DNA from: a virus
Length of the DNA stretch: 64,000 bases
Virus record (IMG/VR): IMGVR_UViG_3300047510_001751
Coordinates: 32,001 to 96,000 of that record
Reading direction: 5' to 3' (one strand)
Position 1 is the stretch's first letter. Each line of letters starts with the position of its first letter. Made by a program: the position numbers and the translations under genes. Of this stretch, positions 55,086 through 64,000 are shown piece by piece. Under the pieces are notes generated by a model. It searched no databases. It was not told where the DNA came from and saw only the letters and a program-made list of their open reading frames with translations.

Positions 55086-55594
55086 AGTAATTTAAAGTTT
55101 TTATCACGAAGAGTAAAATTAGTATACTTAAATGTTACCTGTGCTGTAAAATATTCAATGTCATCTACTGTGGCATCAAAGTCAATTGGCGTTAAACTAA
55201 TTGGAAATAGATTTTCAAAGTCAACAAAAAATGCCGAATTAAAGTTGGAAGTTACTACCATTAGTTGACCTTTGGAGTATTCAACTTGATCTGCCGAATG
55301 TTGATCAGCTCCTCCGTTTTTACGAATCCATTGTAATATTGAATTGTAATTAATTAAATTTTCATCAATAATAAAGCTAAGTGAAAAATCATCATACGAA
55401 ATTCCTCCACCTGGAGCGATAGGAAAATTCCTAAATCGTGTCGGAACTTCTGTAAACGGCATGTTTACCCCAGGTAGATTTGCTCTTTGGCAGAAAAAAT
55501 CAACCCCTTCAAATAATTCTAATTTCATTTTAAAACCAATAGGAGCAAGAAAGTTCCTATTCCTAGGTTGCTCCTTATACCATTCAGCAGTCAT
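55082..55594 (-). CDS. gp3: Tail completion/sheath stabiliser gp3
   Basis: NRNFLAP.GF, FFCQRANLPG, DENL.NY, FPISL. Confidence 0.88.
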   Translation of the reverse strand: MTAEWYKEQPRNRNFLAPIGFKMKLELFEGVDFFCQRANLPGVNMPFTEVPTRFRNFPIAPGGGISYDDFSLSFIIDENLINYNSILQWIRKNGGADQHSADQVEYSKGQLMVVTSNFNSAFFVDFENLFPISLTPIDFDATVDDIEYFTAQVTFKYTNFTLRDKNFKLL

Positions 55595-55629
55595 GTCAAC
55601 TTCCCAAGCTAGTAACTATTTATTTCCAT

Positions 55630-55657
55630 AAAAAAAAGAGCCCCCGAAGGGACTCTT
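55630..55657 (-). terminator. gp23 terminator
   Basis: AAGAGTCCC-TTCG-GGGGCTCTT plus T-run. Confidence 0.85.
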
Positions 55658-55675
55658 GAGATCTTGGAGTATGAC

Positions 55676-57115
55676 TCACATGAGGTTCTTGATACGAACT
55701 CTTCTGTAGTACATGTTCTTGGAAGCGGTGAGAGCTTCAGCATCGGGAACAGGTACACCATCGCCATCAACACCGTTGAATACGAATGGGTTAGCAACCA
55801 TACCGTAACGGGTCTTGAAGCCGATCTTAGGCTGGAAGGTGTTAGGATCAATCGAACGTAGCATCTGGAGAGGTACGTATGGGCAATAGAAGAGACCAGC
55901 ATCGTAAGGATTGGTGCCCTTATAACCCATGACGTAGTAGTGATCGTTTGAAAGGTTAGCTGAATAAGGATCAACGAAGACCTTGATACGACCGTTGATG
56001 GTGCCAACCATGAGGTTGCCAGTGTCATCAACCTGACCGATGGAAGGACCACCAGCACCGTTTAGACCAGAAGTGTAATCAAGTACACCAGCCATTGCTA
56101 GAGCCGAAGCTACGTCAGCAGAGCAGATGACGAAGTTACCCTTGCCTCTACGAGTTTCCTGAGCGATAGCATTAGCATCACGCTCAACTTGGAATAGAAG
56201 ACCCTTGAACTTCTCAACAGACCAACGACCATTTGAATCAACGTCGAGGTCAAATACACCAGCGGTAGCAACGTTGTTCTGAGCACCAGGCTTAGCGATG
56301 GTGTATACAGTACGAACAACTTCACGGTTGATTTCAGCAAGGATCTCCGAGCTGAGGATGTTGGCAAGTTCTTGCTCAGCGTCAAGACCGTGAACAGCCT
56401 TAAGATCCTGAGCTAGCTCTAGAGTGTACTCCGAACGTAGGGCTCTGGTTCTGGCGGTTACAGCAGTCTTCTCGATGCTGAAGCTCATTTCGTTGAATAG
56501 GGTCGAACCTGATCCAAGAACTTCAGCAGTCTCACGAGCAATAGGACGTACACCACGCTCATAAGTGCCAGCACCCGAACCGTCATCGTTAAGAAGACCA
56601 GGGTTGGCTTCGGTGTATGAAGGATCGTTAGCAACGCCAAGGGGAACAGCTGGATCGTTGTAAGCAGCAGGACCCTGAGTGTTGGCTGAGAAGTTTACAT
56701 CAGGCTCGTTGAAGAGAGCTTCACGACCCTTACGTAGACCAGCAGCACCGTTGTGCTGATAGTGAGCCTTCATAGCGAAGATAAGTCCAGTAGGACCGCT
56801 CATTGGCTGAACGCCACAGATGTCATATGCCATTAGGTTAGGCATGGCACGACGGACTAGGCTGATCATGATAGGATCGAAACCAGCTAGACCACCAGTT
56901 TTGGTGTCAAGACCTGAACCTGAAAGGGCGTTACCACCAATAGCACCAACAGTGTTAGGACCTTCGGTGAGCATTCTGTCCTCACGGAGAGCACGCTCTT
57001 GGTTTTCTAGGATTACAGCGGTTACAGCCTGCTTGTGACGATCTGTGATGGATGGAGCATCAGGAGCGTTGAGAACAGGTGCCCACTTTTCTGTAAGATG
57101 GGAAGCGTTGAACAT
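55676..57115 (-). CDS. gp23: Major capsid protein
   Basis: GVQPMSGPTGLIFAM, ELAQDLKAVHGLDAE, FQPKIGFKTRYG. Confidence 0.99.
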   Translation of the reverse strand: MFNASHLTEKWAPVLNAPDAPSITDRHKQAVTAVILENQERALREDRMLTEGPNTVGAIGGNALSGSGLDTKTGGLAGFDPIMISLVRRAMPNLMAYDICGVQPMSGPTGLIFAMKAHYQHNGAAGLRKGREALFNEPDVNFSANTQGPAAYNDPAVPLGVANDPSYTEANPGLLNDDGSGAGTYERGVRPIARETAEVLGSGSTLFNEMSFSIEKTAVTARTRALRSEYTLELAQDLKAVHGLDAEQELANILSSEILAEINREVVRTVYTIAKPGAQNNVATAGVFDLDVDSNGRWSVEKFKGLLFQVERDANAIAQETRRGKGNFVICSADVASALAMAGVLDYTSGLNGAGGPSIGQVDDTGNLMVGTINGRIKVFVDPYSANLSNDHYYVMGYKGTNPYDAGLFYCPYVPLQMLRSIDPNTFQPKIGFKTRYGMVANPFVFNGVDGDGVPVPDAEALTASKNMYYRRVRIKNLM

Positions 57116-57166
57116 TTTTACCTCTTAAAACGTATTGTTGTCGTTTGATAATATTTATGATTTAAA

Positions 57167-58321
57167 TTATTTCCAGCGTGAGAGAGCATGAACGTAAGCA
57201 GCCATTGCTGGCGATACATCCTCGCTTAGTGCTACTGGGGTGTCATCACTTACTTCAGCTTTAGAAACTGATTCTGGGAAGTATGATTTACGGAGAGTTT
57301 TTACAGATTCTGTAAATTGCTCTACACTTTCATATCTAACACCTTCAGATAATGAAGCAAGTTTTTCTTTTTGAGTATCGGCAAGTCCTTCCGAAACTTG
57401 GTTTAAGATTACGACTTTGCTTGACTCAGCAAGACGATTATTAAGATCCACATTACGCTCAATTTGTTCGTTGAGGCGCTCTTCCATCTCACGAAGTTCG
57501 TCAGCCATTTCGTCAACAACACTGGTCTTATCCTCGGGGATAGAAATCCAATGTTCTTTACAAAGATTCATGAAACCAGCAATGAAATCTTCAGTGATTT
57601 CATTACGGATGCCACGATCAATAGCGACTTGATTTTCTTCAATCCATTGACCGATACCATACTTGACAGTACCGAGAACTTCTTCAGAGAGTTCTTCTTT
57701 GATAGCTTCTACTTGCTCAACAAGCTTGGCTTCAAACTGTTCTTCAAGTTTGGTATACTCTTCTTGAAGCTTAGCCTTAACAGCAGCTTCAAAAATTGTT
57801 TTTGCTTTTGTTTTGTAATCTTCTGTTAACTCTTCGCCTTCGGTCAAAGCGGCGACATCAGAAGAAAGGTCAAGCTCTTCAAAAGAAGGCTTGATTGGAT
57901 AAGTTACGTTAGGACCAGTTGTAGTTCCATAGGCAACTTGTGTGCCCACTGTAGGAGTAGCAGCCATATCACCAGGACTCTTTTGATGAGCCTGCTGAGC
58001 GTCACCCGAAATTTGAGAAATAGGAGCCGCTGCTTTAGCACCAGGATTCTCTTCGCCATCATCATCGTGTGGATGTGGAAGAGTGGCAGTACCACCAAGA
58101 TCAGTAGCAGGCTTTTGACCAATAGCTACTGATGGTGGAACTGAAGGCTGTGGATCTTTTCCACCAGCTCCTGATGTTTGAGCATCTGAAATTTGAGTGG
58201 GCTCTTTACCTGTAGCAGGAATTACCGAAGCAGAAACTGTAGGCATTGGATCACCAGCTTCGAGAACAAGATTCTGTCCTTTTACAAGCTCCTCAAACTT
58301 TTCGTTTAACATATCTGACAT
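57167..58321 (-). CDS. gp22: Prohead core scaffold
   Basis: KAKTIFEAAV, W..EN.VAI..G, GLADTQKEKL. Confidence 0.93.
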   Translation of the reverse strand: MSDMLNEKFEELVKGQNLVLEAGDPMPTVSASVIPATGKEPTQISDAQTSGAGGKDPQPSVPPSVAIGQKPATDLGGTATLPHPHDDDGEENPGAKAAAPISQISGDAQQAHQKSPGDMAATPTVGTQVAYGTTTGPNVTYPIKPSFEELDLSSDVAALTEGEELTEDYKTKAKTIFEAAVKAKLQEEYTKLEEQFEAKLVEQVEAIKEELSEEVLGTVKYGIGQWIEENQVAIDRGIRNEITEDFIAGFMNLCKEHWISIPEDKTSVVDEMADELREMEERLNEQIERNVDLNNRLAESSKVVILNQVSEGLADTQKEKLASLSEGVRYESVEQFTESVKTLRKSYFPESVSKAEVSDDTPVALSEDVSPAMAAYVHALSRWK

Positions 58322-58369
58322 TTGAGTTTCCTCGTACTTCTAACAATTATTCTAAGATTATTTATGAAA

Positions 58370-59014
58370 TTACAGATTTGAAAGGAAATTCTCAAATGCT
58401 TTGAGCTTCCTTTCTTCCAGATTTTTCCTAGTTGATTCGGAAATATATCTGTGATATTTAGCAATTTGCTGTTCACGGAGAATTCCGTTTTCCCAAATCC
58501 ACTCTTTACCTTCCATGATTCCGTTAACAAAAGCATCGGGAGCTGATGGATCTGCTACGATATCGGCAGCGGTTGCCAACATAAAATCATCACGAACATA
58601 ATTGGCACCATTACGCTCTTCAAGTGAACCCATACCTCTAGAAGATACGCCGAGTTTTACACCTTCATCTAAAAGTGACTTAGCAATTTTACCCATAGGA
58701 GTATCAAGAATTCTAGCCTTTCCGTAGAAGTTAGCACCTTCCGCACGAAGTTCAACAATTCTGTGAGACACCCTATCAAGGTTTACAGTAGGACCATCGG
58801 GATGACCAAGTTCGCCTAGAGCACGACCAGATTGTACATACTGTTCGTTGTATCTTTGAACTTCTCTGTTCAAAACATTGAAAGGATATACTCTACCATT
58901 TCTATTTTTGATTTCGGATTGTAAAAAAATACCTTCAATGTAAAGGTTTTTTTTGCCTTCTGTTTCTTCTATGAGGACGCTAATCTCCTCAATATTTTCT
59001 GTGATGAGTTTCAT
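58370..59014 (-). CDS. gp21: Prohead protease
   Basis: KNRNGRVY, GELGHP, GVSSRG, DPSAPDA. Confidence 0.97.
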   Translation of the reverse strand: MKLITENIEEISVLIEETEGKKNLYIEGIFLQSEIKNRNGRVYPFNVLNREVQRYNEQYVQSGRALGELGHPDGPTVNLDRVSHRIVELRAEGANFYGKARILDTPMGKIAKSLLDEGVKLGVSSRGMGSLEERNGANYVRDDFMLATAADIVADPSAPDAFVNGIMEGKEWIWENGILREQQIAKYHRYISESTRKNLEERKLKAFENFLSNL

Positions 59015-59187
59015 TCTTCTGTTTCTAGTGGTTCTACTGGTTCATCAAAATATGTGGAAGCAACAGATTTTTTGTACATACCAAGAGCTTCCCCAGCGGT
59101 TGATTTCATGACATCTTTAATCATGTCAAGAGCATCTGCTTTTTGCTTTCCAGCAATAGCATTGACAATATCCAAAGTGTTAGACAT
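59011..59187 (-). CDS. 58-aa prohead core protein-like ORF
   Basis: MSNTLDIVNAIAGKQKADALDMIKD..; position of small core gene between gp20 and gp21; not in ORF track. Confidence 0.65.
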   Translation of the reverse strand: MSNTLDIVNAIAGKQKADALDMIKDVMKSTAGEALGMYKKSVASTYFDEPVEPLETEE

Positions 59188-59212
59188 AGTAATATAATTT
59201 TAACTTATAATT

Positions 59213-60901
59213 TTATTTAGCAGAACCTTTATTTGATGAAGCTTTTGGAGCTGGTTTTGGTTTTGCTTTTTCTAAATCAATCTTTCGTTGGGTTTCAGCA
59301 TCCGCTTCAGCATTAGAAATTTCTGGGGCATAAGCGTCATTTTCTAATGATTTTTGAGTAAGAATATTTGTATCAACTGGATTTAAAGCAAGACCAGAAT
59401 CAATATCTTTTTTCATCTGCTTATCCATTTCCTTGTATTCTTTCTCTGTCTGCATCAGAACTTGCTTACGAATAAACTCAGAAGAAATGTACTTACCAAC
59501 AAATGGATCCATCTGTGTGACAAGACCAATACGTTCCTTCATTAATTCCATTTGCTTGAGTTCATTGAAATGATTATCAAACAGGAAGTCATACTGAATA
59601 TGCTCTTCCATATCATCCCAATCTTCTGGAGCAATAATGCCCTTGAGAATGAGTTGAGTCTTAAGCATATCACTGAAGATTTCACTAAATCTTTTACGAA
59701 GACGACCAATAAACTTAGCAAACTTAAGTTCGTCTCTAAGAATTTCAGTTGTTTTTCCGAGATTAAATGCCTTGTTATCGTCTGTTAAACGAGACGGTGG
59801 CAGGTTAAGCGAGTTGTATAGTTTCTTTTTAAAATATTCAACGTCCTTAAGTTCACCAAGATTCTGACCACCAGGAAGTGTAGTGATCTCAGTTCCTCTA
59901 CCACCTTCACGGCGAGGGAGCCAGAAATCTTCCAGCATAGACATATGCTTTTTATCATCACGAATTTCGCCAGTGGCTGAATCGTATACAAGTTTGTTAC
60001 GATAGCGAGCCATAACATCACGAAGATATTGCTCGGCTTTTACTTTAGGAAGATTGCCTACATCAATGTAGAAAATTCTACGCTCTGGAGCACGAGACAA
60101 TCTGTAGATAACCAACGAATCCTCAATCATTCTAAGCTGATTAAGAGCTTTGATTGATTTGTGGAGGAAACTAATTGTCATCTTTTTGTTTGGATCTTTC
60201 AATCCAGAATCACATGAAGCTACTGAATCAACTGAAATTCTAATACCCTGATTGTTTGAGTAATCAAAAGCTCCCGCTGTATTAGGAACACCAGCTGGAG
60301 TAAATCCTCTTGGGTTATAAATGTAATACTCGATATATTCACCCCAGTCAAACTCTAAAGCAGAACCTTTCTCCTTCATCTTTTCTGCTTCAGTTCGCTG
60401 AATCTTGTGACGAACTTTTTTAATCTTCAGTGGGTCAATATATCTAAGTTCTAAAATACCTTTTTTGGGGTTGTCAAGATCTACTACTTTATGATAGTAT
60501 AGTCTACCGTCAATATACCAATTACGAATAATCTGATGGCAATGCTTATCAAATTGTAGTAATCTTAAAATATGGTTAAACTCGTTTCTGATTTTATTTT
60601 TGATGTTTGTTCCTATGTCTAGGTTAGACAATTCAATTTCTACTGGAGCATCATCAGCATCAGAAACTACAAACTCGTTAATAATTTCGTCGATAGCTGA
60701 GTCACATTCTGGGTGAAGTGACATACTACGATATCTTTGAATCAATTCATATTCATTTCGGGAGGCACCTTCTACATCTACATACGTGCCAAAATAGCCA
60801 CCTGCTACGGTGGCTACGTTATCATCTTGGTTGGGCGGAATTGGGGATTGCCCCTGAAGTTCCGCCCTCTTGTTGATTTTAAATCCAAACAGTTGACTCA
60901 T
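59213..60901 (-). CDS. gp20: Portal protein
   Basis: WYIDGRLYY, YRLSRAPERRIFYIDVGNLP, EDFWLPRREGGRGTEI. Confidence 0.99.
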   Translation of the reverse strand: MSQLFGFKINKRAELQGQSPIPPNQDDNVATVAGGYFGTYVDVEGASRNEYELIQRYRSMSLHPECDSAIDEIINEFVVSDADDAPVEIELSNLDIGTNIKNKIRNEFNHILRLLQFDKHCHQIIRNWYIDGRLYYHKVVDLDNPKKGILELRYIDPLKIKKVRHKIQRTEAEKMKEKGSALEFDWGEYIEYYIYNPRGFTPAGVPNTAGAFDYSNNQGIRISVDSVASCDSGLKDPNKKMTISFLHKSIKALNQLRMIEDSLVIYRLSRAPERRIFYIDVGNLPKVKAEQYLRDVMARYRNKLVYDSATGEIRDDKKHMSMLEDFWLPRREGGRGTEITTLPGGQNLGELKDVEYFKKKLYNSLNLPPSRLTDDNKAFNLGKTTEILRDELKFAKFIGRLRKRFSEIFSDMLKTQLILKGIIAPEDWDDMEEHIQYDFLFDNHFNELKQMELMKERIGLVTQMDPFVGKYISSEFIRKQVLMQTEKEYKEMDKQMKKDIDSGLALNPVDTNILTQKSLENDAYAPEISNAEADAETQRKIDLEKAKPKPAPKASSNKGSAK

Positions 60902-60938
60902 ATTAAATTAAATAGATTCGATGATCTATTTATTTAAT

Positions 60939-61574
60939 TCACTTATTGACAAGTTTGGTTACGCCAGCAATGCCAGTAGCAGCAGCATCAGTAATAGATG
61001 TAGCTGTTGGAGTTTCAACAGTCCAGTATGAATATTGGAACTCTACGGAGAACTCAGAAATCTGATCATTGCTATCATAACCAAGATCAATTTGAGATAC
61101 GTTGGTTGGGAAAGCGTGATGTAAAGTATACTCTCTAAGGATAGTACCTTTTTCGGTAGAATTCTTTTCAAGTTGCTTCACTCTAACTGCTGCTGCCATA
61201 TAACCGTCAGAATTATTTGGTCTGAACTTAGGAGCATTATTGCCATTATGTGTGTTCATTGATTCCAACCATTGCTCAAAATAAGCACGGATTGCCATGT
61301 CCTTATCATTGAAGAATGTTGGGGACCAAGTATCAAATGTTCTGTCGCCAGCAATTTTAACTGTTCTTCCTCTAAAAGGAACTTCAATAACACCTAAGTT
61401 AGAAGCAGGAAGTGCTGCTGATTTACAGAGAAGATCTACCAAATTTTTATCTTCTCCAGTAGCACCTGGATTACCTGTTCCTAAATCACTTGGCCATACG
61501 ATATCGATGGCGAACATGTTAGGCTTAGTGCCTTGTCCAATTCTTTGAATAAAATCGTTAATTTTTGTTGCCAT
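60939..61574 (-). CDS. gp19: Tail tube protein
   Basis: LPASNLGVIEVPFRGR, GDRTF, AFPTNVS.IDL. Confidence 0.95.
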   Translation of the reverse strand: MATKINDFIQRIGQGTKPNMFAIDIVWPSDLGTGNPGATGEDKNLVDLLCKSAALPASNLGVIEVPFRGRTVKIAGDRTFDTWSPTFFNDKDMAIRAYFEQWLESMNTHNGNNAPKFRPNNSDGYMAAAVRVKQLEKNSTEKGTILREYTLHHAFPTNVSQIDLGYDSNDQISEFSVEFQYSYWTVETPTATSITDAAATGIAGVTKLVNK

Positions 61575-61607
61575 TGTTTTTTACCTCGTTGTTTTGTTTG
61601 TGATTAA

Positions 61608-63785
61608 TCAGCGACCAACTACTTCAGCAAACGAAACACCAGTCTTAGTAGCCGTTAAGGTTACGGTAATGTAGTTGATAGAACGGGTTGGCTTGATATA
61701 AATTTCAGCAACAAATTCGTTTCTATCAATAACATCTGGAGTATTGTTTGAGTCATCACAAACAACCAGGAAGTCGGTTACACCTCTTCTTGCTTGAACT
61801 TCACTCATATAGGAGTTTAGAGCACTAGCAAAAGATGCTCTTGTTGTCTCATCATTCTGTTCGAATAAAACTTGCTTGGCAAGTCCTTCGGCTCTCTTTT
61901 GTACATTTAGGAATAAACGACGAACGTTAATTCTGTCAAAAGCAGATGGAGAAGCGAGAGCAGTCTTGTCTCCAAATAGAGTTACGCCAGCACCAGGGAA
62001 AGAAACAATAGGATTGACTCTTGCCTGATATAGCTCATCTCTATCAGCTTTATTTGGGTTGTAAGCAAGTTTAACAGCGTTTCTTAGTGAACCTCTGTTA
62101 ACACCAGCAGGTGAATACCAATCATCGAGAGTAGATGAAGTAGCTACACATAGACCAGCAATATCTCCATTACATGGAATGTAGCGATACTTGTCGTTGA
62201 AACGATCATAGAAATACTTATAACCGCTATCAAATACACCATATGATGTAGAAGCTAAACCATTAAAGAAATTAATCGTGTTGGTTTTTTGTTGTGATGT
62301 TGAAAGAGCACCACCTGTGCCAACTTGATTTCCTTTGTGTGGAGATACAAATGCTACACAATCTTTTCTTGAAGAAGCAATAGAAAGAACTTTAGCAGCT
62401 TTAGCTTTAGTTTCTGACTCAAGCCCCATTGATCCTCCCATGAGAACGAAATCAATTACGGATTCTTCGGTATCTAAGAATAAATCGTAGGCGTTTCCGA
62501 TTTCTCCATTATCATAAACGTAATCATCAGTACCACCAGAAAGATCGACTGTTGAAAGACCATCACGGGTAAAAGCAGTATTTGCCATTTCAATTGAATC
62601 ATCACCCCAATCAATGCCTACGGCAATTCCAGTGTAAGCATAAGATGATTGTTCGTTTAGAACTTCTTTGTAATATGTTTTTGCTCCTTCTGTGCTTCTA
62701 CCATCGGAAAGTTTTGAAAGATATGTAAATCTTTCTACGATAGTATTAGCAGCACCCGAAATAGCCCCAGTAGTATCAATAATAACTACGTGAAGTTCGT
62801 CGTTAGAAATACCTCTGTCGGAAGCAAATTGTGAAGTACCTGGACGAGGACCAATTGCTCCTAAAGTTAATCCAGTAGCTCCAATTTCAGCTGTAGAATA
62901 CCAATCTTTAACAGCACTTACTCCTGTTTCATCATCTAAAATTGTAGCAACCGTTACAATAATATCAGAACCACCGCCAGTAGCAGCACCAGCAAGAGTA
63001 ATTGTATCTCCAATTTCGTATCCATTTCCAGCAGTTAACAGAGTTACTGTTACAGCGCCACCTACGCCAGCACCAGCATCAGCAACAACAACCTGGAAAG
63101 AAGCACCGCCAGCATGAGCAGCAGGAGTATAAGTTCCAGGAGTTCTACCAGCTTCGGTTACTCCATCATGAGTAAATGTAGCAATTGGATCTTCTGTTTC
63201 AGTGATGCTATCACCAGCATTGATCAAACCACCCAATACGTTGTTAACTGTTACTTCTCTAGTTACCGAATTGTATAAACCTACTAAAGCGGTTTTTCCA
63301 GAAGCAAAAGTTAAAGTAGATCCTAAAACAGGAGTAACATCAGGAGCTTTATCAAAAGTAAGAACTTGATCGTAACCTCTATCGACTAAAACTACTTTAA
63401 CCGAATTGCCCCATGTACCAGCTGTCTTAGCAACAAAAGTTTCTGATGAACCTGTGCCAGCTTCCCAATCAAGATCGTTTCTTACTAGAACTCCAGTACC
63501 ACTAGCAGAAGCATTTTTAACATTGGTAGCAGCACGAGCTACAGCTAGTCTGCCGCCATAACCAAGAAACTCAGAAGCTACGTACCAATCTTCAGCATTG
63601 GCATCAGCAGGCTTTCCGAAAACATCAATTAGTTGTTTTTGGCTGCTGACATTTACAATTTGATTAATAGGTCCTTTTTGGAATGTCGAAGCAAATGCGG
63701 CGGTAATCTGCTGAGCACCAGTGATTACAGCATTTGATAAATCACGCTCCTTAATTACAATACCAGGCGAGACTTGACTTGCCAT
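61608..63785 (-). CDS. gp18: Tail sheath protein
   Basis: SPG..IKERD, PAGVNRG, SAFDRINVRRLF; TATAAATA at 63832-63825. Confidence 0.97.
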   Translation of the reverse strand: MASQVSPGIVIKERDLSNAVITGAQQITAAFASTFQKGPINQIVNVSSQKQLIDVFGKPADANAEDWYVASEFLGYGGRLAVARAATNVKNASASGTGVLVRNDLDWEAGTGSSETFVAKTAGTWGNSVKVVLVDRGYDQVLTFDKAPDVTPVLGSTLTFASGKTALVGLYNSVTREVTVNNVLGGLINAGDSITETEDPIATFTHDGVTEAGRTPGTYTPAAHAGGASFQVVVADAGAGVGGAVTVTLLTAGNGYEIGDTITLAGAATGGGSDIIVTVATILDDETGVSAVKDWYSTAEIGATGLTLGAIGPRPGTSQFASDRGISNDELHVVIIDTTGAISGAANTIVERFTYLSKLSDGRSTEGAKTYYKEVLNEQSSYAYTGIAVGIDWGDDSIEMANTAFTRDGLSTVDLSGGTDDYVYDNGEIGNAYDLFLDTEESVIDFVLMGGSMGLESETKAKAAKVLSIASSRKDCVAFVSPHKGNQVGTGGALSTSQQKTNTINFFNGLASTSYGVFDSGYKYFYDRFNDKYRYIPCNGDIAGLCVATSSTLDDWYSPAGVNRGSLRNAVKLAYNPNKADRDELYQARVNPIVSFPGAGVTLFGDKTALASPSAFDRINVRRLFLNVQKRAEGLAKQVLFEQNDETTRASFASALNSYMSEVQARRGVTDFLVVCDDSNNTPDVIDRNEFVAEIYIKPTRSINYITVTLTATKTGVSFAEVVGR

Positions 63786-63836
63786 TTTATTCTCCTCTCG
63801 GTGTTAACCATTTAAATCTAAAATTATTTATAGAAA

Positions 63837-64000
63837 TCAATAGTTCCACATGTATGAAACATCTTCTTGAGTTTCTCCATACCACACACTACCATCCTCT
63901 ACAAAACCTTCATCCCCTTCCAAACCAGTTGTGATAAATCCAAATGGTGCCATATCTTGTTCAATCTGATTTTTTTGCTCCTCGTAGATTCTTTTACGAA
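63837..64000 (-). CDS. gp17: Terminase large subunit, C-terminal part (5' truncated)
   Basis: RKRIYEEQKNQIEQDMAPFGFI..G; lies upstream of gp18. Confidence 0.85.
   Translation of the reverse strand, partial: RKRIYEEQKNQIEQDMAPFGFITTGLEGDEGFVEDGSVWYGETQEDVSYMWNY

Overview
Segment of a T4-like cyanomyovirus (Kyanoviridae-type Synechococcus phage), almost all on the minus strand. Reading the minus strand from the right end: morphogenesis genes (gp17 partial, 18, 19, 20, 21, 22, 23, 3), then the replication/recombination core (uvsY, uvsW, 55, 47, 46, VWA/CobS pair, 45, 44, 62, regA, hsp20, 43, uvsX, 41, mazG, primase, nrdA/B). An accessory island follows with cell-wall hydrolases, four tRNAs (a fifth, tRNA-Ser, lies by mazG), a manA-type RNA, cpeT/cpcT, a host-type SLH porin, hli genes, petF, an inverted 1542-aa fibre gene, and psbA with an HNH nuclease. 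The left part holds speD, thyX, phoH, 33, 32 and plus-strand baseplate genes (4, 2, 48, 53). Two features stand out. (1) A C39-like peptidase appears to be joined to a start-less GH24 lysozyme by a -1 programmed frameshift: A_AAA_AAG followed 5 nt later by a hairpin at about 25100-25140. (2) A nitrogen-responsive module combines an NtcA-type box, a sigma70 promoter and a tandem glnA-type glutamine riboswitch upstream of a DUF4278 (IF17/GifB-like) micro-protein missing from the ORF track. All assignments come from reading motifs by eye; no database search was run.
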